This document shows positions 1-8,333 of a DNA stretch of 14,025 nt, piece after piece (position 1 is the first letter of the stretch; the number at the start of each line of letters is the position of its first letter). The translations under genes and the position numbers were made by a program. This stretch comes from Myxococcota bacterium (GTDB taxonomy: Bacteria > Myxococcota > XYA12-FULL-58-9 > JALHOP01): the NCBI GenBank assembly GCA_041288095.1, contig JBGGMJ010000028.1:1-14025 (forward strand), written 5' to 3'. The notes under the pieces are model-generated. The model searched no databases and was not told the DNA's origin. It was given only the letters and a program-made list of their open reading frames with translations.

Positions 1-531
1 GGCGGCAAGAGCTACAAGGTGCTCATCAAGTCGGTCGATCGCGACCCGGTGAACAGCTCGTACGTACACGTCGACCTCTACGCCGTCGACATGAAGAAGC
101 CGATTCGCGTCGAGATCTTCCTCGAGCTCATCGGTAAGCCGAAGGGCATCGTGGACGGCGGTCTGCTTTCGCAGATCATGCGCACCGTTCAGGTCCAGTG
201 CTTGCCCGACGCCATCCCCGAGAAGCTCCAGCTCGACACGTCGGACATGGACATCGGCGACATCAAGCACATCTCCGACATCACGTTCCCGCAGGGCGTG
301 AAGGCGACCTCGACCCACGACGAAGCCGTCGCGGCGGTCGTTGCGCCGGAAGAGATCAAGGAAGAGACGCCAGTGGCGGTGGCTGGTGCTGAAGGCGCTG
401 CTGCGGCTCCTGGCGCGGCTGGTGCCGCTCCGGCGGCTGGTGCTGCTCCGGCGGCTGGTGCCAAGGCAGGCGATGCCAAGGCTGCAGCTCCGGCGGCTGG
501 TGCCAAGGCCGGCGGCGACAAGAAGAAGTAG
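1..531 (+). CDS. rplY: 50S ribosomal protein L25/Ctc (long form), 5'-truncated by the window edge, with Ala/Gly/Pro-rich C-terminal tail
   Basis: Frame 1 is open from base 1 (GGKSYKVLIK...). Motifs LIKSVDRDPV..HVDLY, GIVDGG and VQCLPDAIPE..DTSDMDIGD..HISDI..P.GV match L25/TL5. Directly upstream of pth, the usual context. Confidence 0.96.
   Translation, partial: GGKSYKVLIKSVDRDPVNSSYVHVDLYAVDMKKPIRVEIFLELIGKPKGIVDGGLLSQIMRTVQVQCLPDAIPEKLQLDTSDMDIGDIKHISDITFPQGVKATSTHDEAVAAVVAPEEIKEETPVAVAGAEGAAAAPGAAGAAPAAGAAPAAGAKAGDAKAAAPAAGAKAGGDKKK
397..510 (+). repeat. Imperfect tandem repeat encoding AAPAAG units in the L25 tail
   Basis: GCTCCGGCGGCTGGTGC occurs exactly at 427, 445 and 487, with a degenerate copy near 405-426. 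Confidence 0.85.
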
Positions 532-540
532 TTCTTCTTG
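519..540 (+). other. Perfect 9-bp hairpin with the rplY stop codon in its loop
   Basis: CAAGAAGAA (519-527) - GTAG - TTCTTCTTG (532-540). Confidence 0.6.
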
Positions 541-561
541 GTACAGACGTAGGAGTGCTTC

Positions 562-1125
562 GTGTTTCTCGTCGTTGGCCTGGGCAACCCCGGCAAAGAC
601 TACGATGGCACGAAGCACAACGTCGGCTTCGAGCTCGTCGACTCCCTGGCGCGGCGCCTGAACGCTCCGCGCTGGAAGTCCGAGCTCCGGGCCGAGACCT
701 GCAAGGTCAAGGTGGGCAACGCCGACGTCCTGTTGGTGAAGCCCCAGACCTATATGAACCTCTCGGGCGAGTCCGTTCAGGCCTTGGCGCATTACTACAA
801 GGTCGAGCCGGCGAGCGTCATCGTGGCCCACGACGAGCTCGACTTCGAGCCCGGGACAGTCAAGCTCAAGGTCGGCGGTGGCCACGGGGGCAACAACGGC
901 CTACGGTCCATCATCGCGCATTTGGGCGCCGACTTCGTGCGCCTGCGCATCGGCATCGGCAAGCCCCCGCAATCCGATCGCGGCGCCGACTGGGTCCTGT
1001 CGCGTTTCAACAAGGCGACCCGGCCGCTCATCGACGATGCGCTCATCAAGGCCGACCAAGCCATCGAGTCGATCATCGTCAACGGCGTCGCCAAGGCCAT
1101 GAACGCAATCAACCAGGCCGGCTGA
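562..1125 (+). CDS. pth: Peptidyl-tRNA hydrolase
   Basis: VVGLGNPG..Y..TKHNVGF, KPQTYMNLSG, HDELD, GGHGGNNGLRSI, RLRIGIG, VLSRF. GTG start with AGGAG at 551-555. Confidence 0.98.
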   Translation: MFLVVGLGNPGKDYDGTKHNVGFELVDSLARRLNAPRWKSELRAETCKVKVGNADVLLVKPQTYMNLSGESVQALAHYYKVEPASVIVAHDELDFEPGTVKLKVGGGHGGNNGLRSIIAHLGADFVRLRIGIGKPPQSDRGADWVLSRFNKATRPLIDDALIKADQAIESIIVNGVAKAMNAINQAG

Positions 1126-1143
1126 CCGCGTCCGCTGTAACCG

Positions 1144-2919
<1,776 letters not shown>

Positions 2920-3050
2920 GGGCGCATGCAGTCTCACCGAGGTGGAAACGACGCGCAATGATTTGCACGTTGGGCAATTTACACCACAGACGCTCTAACC
3001 CGCTGACACCAGGGCGGAAATTGCGACTTCAGAGAATATTTCCGGAAAAA

Positions 3051-3072
3051 CACGTGCATTGCGTTGCACGTG
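3051..3072. promoter_or_regulatory. Palindromic candidate activator/regulator binding site
   Basis: CACGTGCA-TTGCGT-TGCACGTG, a perfect 8-bp inverted repeat in the divergent intergenic region. A second palindrome TTTCCGGAAA lies at 3039-3048. Confidence 0.5.
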
Positions 3073-3095
3073 CACCAATCACACCACACAAACGA

Positions 3096-3108
3096 TTTCA
3101 GGTACTTA
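3096..3108 (+). promoter_or_regulatory. IHF-like binding site
   Basis: TTTCAGGTACTTA has one mismatch to WATCAR-N4-TTR and lies between the palindrome and the -24/-12 element. Confidence 0.5.
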
Positions 3109-3121
3109 GGCGGCTTCGAGA

Positions 3122-3137
3122 TGGTTTGAGCCTTGCA
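3122..3137 (+). promoter_or_regulatory. Sigma54 (-24/-12) promoter for the di-heme gene
   Basis: TGGTTTGAGCCTTGCA has exact GG-N10-GC spacing and a perfect TTGCA; the -24 CAC is degenerate. It lies just upstream of RBS AGGAG (3156-3160) and ATG 3166. Confidence 0.65.
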
Positions 3138-3165
3138 ACGGACGGGTCACACCCCAGGAGAACCA

Positions 3166-4401
3166 ATGCACCACGAGCGAAGTTTGCTAAATGCCGGATT
3201 CCTCGTCGCTGCTGCGACCGCGCTTGCCGCTTGCGGCAATTCGTCGGTCACCGGCCCCAGCGAGCCGGAACCCACAGCGACCGTCGATGACGTTCTTGGC
3301 GGCGACTCGGCTGAGGTCGCGGCATCGCTCGGTATCAGCGAGCAGGAGCTGCGCGGTCTCGACCGCGACAAGATCTCCGAGATGCTGAAGATCCTCCAGG
3401 GTGGCTTGATCTTCCACTTCGAGCGCTTCCGCGGCAACGGTCGTACTTGCGCCACCTGCCACCGCGGCGCCGCCTTCGACCTCAAGCCCGAGGACGTGCA
3501 AGAGCTCCACGCTCGCCGTCCCAACGACCCGTTGTTCCTCCACGACGGTAGCGATGACGGCCTCGGTAACGGGACCACGCGCATCCAACAGAACGCGACG
3601 ATTCGCGTCGACTTCAACCTGCCGGCGAACGTGACCATCGTCGAAAACCCGTCGCTTCGACAGGTGACGTTGATGCGCGCGGTGCCCTCGTTGCTCAACG
3701 TCCCGGCGCTCGAGACCATCTTCATGCTCGACGGTCGCCAGCCGACGCTGCAGGCCCAGGCCCTCGGCGCGGTCAACGATCACGCCCAAGCAGAGCGCCA
3801 GCCGACGGCCGGCGAGCTCGACGCGATTGCGATCTTCCAGGAGAAGGATCCCCACTTCTTCAGCTCGCCGGTCCTGCGTGAGTTCGCCAACGGCGGTCCG
3901 GCGCCGGTGCTGCCCGAGGGCAATACGGACAGTGAGCGCCGCGGTCGCGCCTTCTTCGAGCCCGACACCGCCTGCGGCTCGTGCCACGGTGGCCCGATGT
4001 TGAACGAGACCACGGCCGGTAACATCGGCACCAAGCTCGGCTTCGGCAATGGCGTGCGCGTCCGCAACATTCGCGTGCCGATCGACAACGTCGCCGGCTT
4101 GCCGCAGTGGACGTATCGCTGCGTGTCCCCGACCGGCGCCGTCACGACGTCGAAGACCGCGGACCCTGGCCTCGTCCTGACCAACGGTAACTGCGGCGAC
4201 ATGAACCACTTCCGTATCTCAACGCTTTGGGGCATCAACGAAAGTGCGCCGTATTTCCACAACAATTCGGCCAAGACGCTGGAAGAGGTCATGGATCAGT
4301 ACGACCGCTTCTTCAACATCCTGGTCACGGCGCGTGGTCTGGATATTCGTCTGACGCGTGAGCAGCGGGCTGACATCCTGGCCTATATGCGCTTGCTCTA
4401 A
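3166..4401 (+). CDS. Di-heme cytochrome c lipoprotein, bacterial cytochrome c peroxidase/MauG superfamily
   Basis: Lipobox LAAC (Cys23), two CxxCH motifs (CATCH 3448-3462, CGSCH 3973-3987), PSLLN..LDGR..LQAQA, RGRAFF, FRISTLWGI..SAPYFHNNSAKTLEEV, LT.EQRADILAYM. RBS AGGAG supports ATG 3166 rather than TTG 3133. Confidence 0.88.
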   Translation: MHHERSLLNAGFLVAAATALAACGNSSVTGPSEPEPTATVDDVLGGDSAEVAASLGISEQELRGLDRDKISEMLKILQGGLIFHFERFRGNGRTCATCHRGAAFDLKPEDVQELHARRPNDPLFLHDGSDDGLGNGTTRIQQNATIRVDFNLPANVTIVENPSLRQVTLMRAVPSLLNVPALETIFMLDGRQPTLQAQALGAVNDHAQAERQPTAGELDAIAIFQEKDPHFFSSPVLREFANGGPAPVLPEGNTDSERRGRAFFEPDTACGSCHGGPMLNETTAGNIGTKLGFGNGVRVRNIRVPIDNVAGLPQWTYRCVSPTGAVTTSKTADPGLVLTNGNCGDMNHFRISTLWGINESAPYFHNNSAKTLEEVMDQYDRFFNILVTARGLDIRLTREQRADILAYMRLL

Positions 4402-4427
4402 GAAGAAATCGTCTCCGGGGTTCCCAC

Positions 4428-4484
4428 ACACGGTGCCGGCAGTGCCCTCCAGGCTGGGAGGGCGCTTGCCGGCACCCGTGTTTT
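4428..4484 (+). terminator. Long GC-rich hairpin followed by a short T run; probable intrinsic terminator
   Basis: ACACGGTGCCGGCAGTGCCCTCC pairs with GGAGGGCGCTTGCCGGCACCCGTGT (a few bulges and GU pairs) and runs into TTTT, just after the stop at 4401. Confidence 0.7.
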
Positions 4485-4570
4485 CACGCTCTGTCGTTCG
4501 AATAACGCTTGCCGTATCGGTTTTCGATCATGTATCTAGCCCGCTCCTTTTTTTGGGAAACGGTAAGACG

Positions 4571-5050
4571 ATGTTGATGACCGAATACGAGACCACGATG
4601 GTGGTGCGCCCCGACATCAGCGGCGACGTCATCGAAGCTACGCTCGACCGCGTGCGCGACGCCGTGAAGAAGAGCGGCGGCAAGCTCGTCGCCCTGAATC
4701 ACTGGGGCAAGAAGAAGCTCGCGTACCCGATCGCCAAGCACACCCGCGGCATTTACGTGCAGGCGCACTACCTCGGACAGGGCGGCCTCGTCGCCGAGGT
4801 CGAGCGCAACCTGCGCATTTCGGACAGCGTCCTGCGCTTCCTGACCGTGAAGGTCAGCGACCATGTGACCGCCGACGAGCGCCAAGAGAAGGAATACGTA
4901 CGCCCGACCTACGAAGCGCAAGCCGACGAGGTCGATGACGAGCCGATGTTCGGCCGTGACGACCGCCGCGACCGCGAGCGTGATCGGGATGATCGAGACG
5001 ACGTCGAAGTCGGCGGACGCGACGACGAGAGTGCGGACTACAAGGACTAA
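4571..5050 (+). CDS. rpsF: 30S ribosomal protein S6 with long charged C-terminal tail
   Basis: EYETTMVVRPD, GGK....HWGKKKLAYPIAK...GIY, EVERNLRISDSVLRFLTVK. Start is ATG 4571 or ATG 4577; the ORF track upstream extension from 4358 is not credible. Confidence 0.97.
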   Translation: MLMTEYETTMVVRPDISGDVIEATLDRVRDAVKKSGGKLVALNHWGKKKLAYPIAKHTRGIYVQAHYLGQGGLVAEVERNLRISDSVLRFLTVKVSDHVTADERQEKEYVRPTYEAQADEVDDEPMFGRDDRRDRERDRDDRDDVEVGGRDDESADYKD

Positions 5051-5053
5051 GCC

Positions 5054-5338
5054 ATGTCAGACGATAAGTTCGAGCGTTATGGTGACCGCGATGGCGGAGA
5101 TGAGCGTGGCGATGGCGGGCCGGGTTTCCGCCGCCGCAAGGTGTCGCGCCTCTACACCGAGATGGGTGGCAAGGTCGATTACCGCGATCCGCAGACCCTG
5201 AAGTACTTCGTGACCGAGCGTGGCAAGGTCGTTCCGCGCCGCATCAGCAAGGTCTCCGCGAAGGACCAGCGCAAGATTACCCGCGCTGTGAAGCGCGCCC
5301 GCTCTCTCGGGTTGATGCCCTTCCAAATCACCACCTAG
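5054..5338 (+). CDS. rpsR: 30S ribosomal protein S18 (no zinc-binding cysteines)
   Basis: FRRRK..., VDYRD..TLKYFVTERGKVVPRRIS..SAKDQR.ITRAVKRARSLGLMPF. Confidence 0.98.
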   Translation: MSDDKFERYGDRDGGDERGDGGPGFRRRKVSRLYTEMGGKVDYRDPQTLKYFVTERGKVVPRRISKVSAKDQRKITRAVKRARSLGLMPFQITT

Positions 5339-5355
5339 GGTGAAGTGAGCTCGTT

Positions 5356-5802
5356 ATGCAGGTGATCCTCCTAGAAGACATGCCCAACCTGGGCGGCATC
5401 GGTGAGCAGGTGAACGCGCGCGACGGTTACGCGCGTAACTATCTCTTCCCCAACAAGCTCGCCGTCCCGGCGTCGACCAACAACGCCAAGCGTTTGGCGC
5501 ACGAGAAGCGCGTCGCCAACTTCCGCCTCGCCAAGGCGAAGGCCGAGGCCGAAGGCGTCGCCAAGAAGCTTTCCGCGACCGCGGTCTCGATTGCCCGCAA
5601 GGTGGGCGAGCAGAACAAGCTGTTCGGCTCGGTCAGCGCGCACGACGTCGAGCAAGCGCTCCTGGAAAAGGGCGTCAAGGTCGACCGTCGCAAGATCGAT
5701 GTCGGCGAGCCCATCCGTCAGGTTGGCGAGTATGACGTCAAGATCCGGCTGGTGGGCGGCGTGGCCGCGACCATCAAGGTCAGCGTCGTCGCCGAAGCCT
5801 GA
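5356..5802 (+). CDS. rplI: 50S ribosomal protein L9
   Basis: MQVILLEDMPNLG..GE.V..RDGYARNYLFP..LA, KLFGSVS, VDRRKI....PIRQVGEY. Confidence 0.98.
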   Translation: MQVILLEDMPNLGGIGEQVNARDGYARNYLFPNKLAVPASTNNAKRLAHEKRVANFRLAKAKAEAEGVAKKLSATAVSIARKVGEQNKLFGSVSAHDVEQALLEKGVKVDRRKIDVGEPIRQVGEYDVKIRLVGGVAATIKVSVVAEA

Positions 5803-5806
5803 GACA

Positions 5807-5826
5807 CTGACCGCTATTGCGGTCAG
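5807..5826. terminator. Perfect 8-bp hairpin just after rplI; terminator or mRNA-stabilising element
   Basis: CTGACCGC-TATT-GCGGTCAG, 4 nt after the stop. It is followed by CAAAA rather than a U-tract, so + strand intrinsic termination is uncertain. Confidence 0.5.
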
Positions 5827-5937
5827 CAAAATCGAGATTAACCAAGTAAACGGTTCTTAACGTTTGTTGGCGCCGCTTCGCGTCGCGCTCAGCGCGTTCG
5901 TCGGGCGCGAAACGTTTCGATACCATCGTCACTTTGT

Positions 5938-5967
5938 TTGCGGAGTGGGCCGGCGTCGGTCTATCAT
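5938..5967 (+). promoter_or_regulatory. Candidate sigma70-type promoter of the signalling cluster
   Basis: TTGCGG-N18-TATCAT upstream of RBS GAGGAG (6001-6006) and ATG 6011. A 12-bp palindrome CGAAACGTTTCG (5908-5919) lies just upstream. Confidence 0.45.
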
Positions 5968-6010
5968 AGCGTTCGGCTTGTGCTCCGGTCCATGCGGTCC
6001 GAGGAGCTGA

Positions 6011-8263
6011 ATGCAGACGCATAAGGAAGTTGCCGCGAAGGGAGTGCTCGCTCGAGCACTCGCTGGAAACCTCGCGGAAGATTTCGACCCAAAAAACGTC
6101 GATCCCAAGGGCGCGGCACACCTGATCCTCGATCTGTCGCGTGTCAGCGGCGTTTCGTCGTTCGGCGTGCGCGAATGGGTCCGAGCGGTGCGCGAGTCCG
6201 CGGAGAAGACGCGCATCTGGTACGTGGCGGCCTCGCCGCGCATGACCGATCAGTTCAACATGATCGCCGGCTTCGACGGCGGCGGCACGTTGCTGAGCTT
6301 CTACGGCAACTACCTGTGCCCCGAGTGCAACAACGAGACGCCGGCCATGTTCGACGTCCAGCTCGACGCCGCCAGCTTCACGTCGGACAACGCACCCGTT
6401 CGTCAGTGCCGCATCTGCGGCCGTCACGCCGAGCTCGATGACATTCCCGAGGCGCTCTTCGAGTACGCCGGCTCGCACCCCGTAAGCGAGGTCGCGCCCG
6501 ACGTAGCCGCCTTCTTGAAGGGCCCGCAGTACTGGGCCGAGGTGGCCCCCGGCGATCGCTTCGCCATTCGCAAGCTGCGCGCCGCCGACGCGACCACTTA
6601 CGACATCCACGGCATCATCGACGTTGGCTTCTCGCTCGACTCCGTGAGCAGCGAGCTCGGCGACGTCGTGTCGCTGTCGTTACCGCACGTCCAGCACATC
6701 GATCCGACCTCGGGGACGGCACGCTGGATCGAGGTGGTAGGCAAGCTCAAGCGCGATCGTAAGGTCAGGCTGGTGGCCGTGCCGCCGGTGTTCCTGCGCC
6801 GCGTGATGGACTCGTCCGCGATGGTGGCGGGCTGCGAGATCTCGTCGGTCGTCTATCCGACCAAGTGCGCGCAGTGCCAATACAAGGCTCTGCTCCAGAT
6901 CGACCCGCGCAACGCGTTCGACCAGACGACGCTGGCGCGCACCAAGTGCCGCAACTGCAATGGCGGACCGTTGTTGACGCGTTGCGATTTCAGCGACATC
7001 ACCGCGATGCACAACTTCGTGCTCCGCTCGCGCAGCGCGAGCGTCGGTAGGCCCGAGCATGCCGCGCCCCGCGAGGCGCCGAGCGAGCGGCAAGAGTCGG
7101 ATTTGCCGGCGTTCCTCGCCCAGAGCTCGCCGTCTCGCTACGAGCCGCTCTGCAAGATTGGCGAAGGCGGCATGTCGGATGTCTACCTGGTGCGCCAGCA
7201 CGGCGCCGTGGGCTTCCGCCGTCTCGTCGTCATCAAGGTCATCCGCTCCGAGTTCCTCACGGACGATCGCCTGGTGCGCATGTTCATCGACGAAGCTCGC
7301 CTCGCGGCGCGCCTCGACCATCCGAACATCATCCGCGTCCACGACCTTGGCCGCGGTGGCGGTGCGTTCTTCATGGTCATGGACTTCCTCCATGGCCGCA
7401 GCGTCAGCGAAGCCCTGTTCCAGACAGCCAAGCAAAACGTGACCTGGCCCCCGGCGCTGGCCGCGACCATCGTCGCCGACCTTTGCTCGGCGCTCGCGCG
7501 AGCGCACATCCCGGACGCATCGGGCAAGGCGCTGGTGCACCGCGACGTGACCCCGGCGAACGTCATTCTCCGCTTCGACGGACTCGTGAAGCTCATCGAC
7601 TTCGGTCTCGCGGGCTACCAGCACTTCGCCAAGGATGCGAGCCGCGCCGGTCAGGTCGTGGGCAACTTCGCTTACCTCGCGCCCGAGGCGTTGAACGAGC
7701 AAGAAGCCACGCCGCAGCTCGACATCTGGGGCGCCGGCCTCATCCTCGCGTGCCTCGCGCTCGGCCGTCATCCGTTCAAGCGGGCAACGTCCGAAGAGAC
7801 GATCATCGCCATTCTTCGGCAGCCGCCGAACCTCACCGGGCTCCCGAAGGAGCTGCTGCCCATCGTCGAGAAGAGCCTCCAGAAGGATCCGAAGCTGCGC
7901 TATGCCAGCATCGCCGACATGGGCAACGAGCTTCGCGAGGTCATCGTCGAGATGACGCGTGACCGGAAGAGCTCGGGCTCCGGCTCGGGCTTGTGGCGAT
8001 GGCTCGGACGCAAGAGCGAGGATGCGGAAAAGCCGCTCACGCTCGAGTCCATGTTGCGACGGTTGTTCTCGCACCAGATCCGTATCGAGAACGAGTTCTC
8101 GCGCCGCGCTGGCGCGCCTCAGTTCATCGATGCGTTGCTTGACGCTTCTCCGAAGGATGTGGCCCGCCTCTTCCGCACGTTGCATGTGGACGACGCGACG
8201 CCGACGGCATCGGCCTCGGTACCGCCGCCTAGTGATGTGCGATCACTCGGCGCACTGACGTAG
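6011..8263 (+). CDS. Cytoplasmic Hanks-type Ser/Thr protein kinase with two N-terminal STAS-like/Cys4-ribbon modules
   Basis: Kinase motifs IGEGGMS.VY, VVIK, FIDEA, HPNI, HRDVTPAN, DFG, YLAPE and DIW at about 7139-7945. N-terminus has LDLSRVSGVSSFGVREW + CPEC-x26-CRIC, then a diverged copy + CAQC-x23-CRNC. No transmembrane helix seen. Confidence 0.92.
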   Translation: MQTHKEVAAKGVLARALAGNLAEDFDPKNVDPKGAAHLILDLSRVSGVSSFGVREWVRAVRESAEKTRIWYVAASPRMTDQFNMIAGFDGGGTLLSFYGNYLCPECNNETPAMFDVQLDAASFTSDNAPVRQCRICGRHAELDDIPEALFEYAGSHPVSEVAPDVAAFLKGPQYWAEVAPGDRFAIRKLRAADATTYDIHGIIDVGFSLDSVSSELGDVVSLSLPHVQHIDPTSGTARWIEVVGKLKRDRKVRLVAVPPVFLRRVMDSSAMVAGCEISSVVYPTKCAQCQYKALLQIDPRNAFDQTTLARTKCRNCNGGPLLTRCDFSDITAMHNFVLRSRSASVGRPEHAAPREAPSERQESDLPAFLAQSSPSRYEPLCKIGEGGMSDVYLVRQHGAVGFRRLVVIKVIRSEFLTDDRLVRMFIDEARLAARLDHPNIIRVHDLGRGGGAFFMVMDFLHGRSVSEALFQTAKQNVTWPPALAATIVADLCSALARAHIPDASGKALVHRDVTPANVILRFDGLVKLIDFGLAGYQHFAKDASRAGQVVGNFAYLAPEALNEQEATPQLDIWGAGLILACLALGRHPFKRATSEETIIAILRQPPNLTGLPKELLPIVEKSLQKDPKLRYASIADMGNELREVIVEMTRDRKSSGSGSGLWRWLGRKSEDAEKPLTLESMLRRLFSHQIRIENEFSRRAGAPQFIDALLDASPKDVARLFRTLHVDDATPTASASVPPPSDVRSLGALT

Positions 8264-8333
8264 CCAGCAGCACGAGCTTGATTTTCGATGTGATAGAAAG
8301 AGCCGGACCGGGCAGTCTCAGTCGGATGCGAAT

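Noticed and set aside
4505-4570. Possible rpsF promoter (TTGCCG-N18-TATCTA) and S6:S18 autoregulatory leader (CCGCTCC..GGAAACGG)
   Set aside because: Position fits, but the -10 lacks the final T and the pairing is weak. A covariance-model search is needed to call it.
5036-5050. S6 ends in DYKD, the start of a FLAG tag
   Set aside because: Only 4 of 8 residues before the stop, inside a natural acidic tail, with no vector sequence; coincidence.
6680-8185. Long antisense and alternate-frame ORFs (e.g. 6680-8185 -, 3187-4209 -, 9975-11039 -, 555-1277 +)
   Set aside because: Shadow ORFs typical of high-GC codon bias. They overlap genes with clear motifs and show none of their own.
4521-8289. TTTCGAT recurring in three intergenic regions (near 4522, 5915, 8283)
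   Set aside because: TCGA-containing words are very frequent in this sequence, the flanks differ and the spacing to starts is inconsistent.
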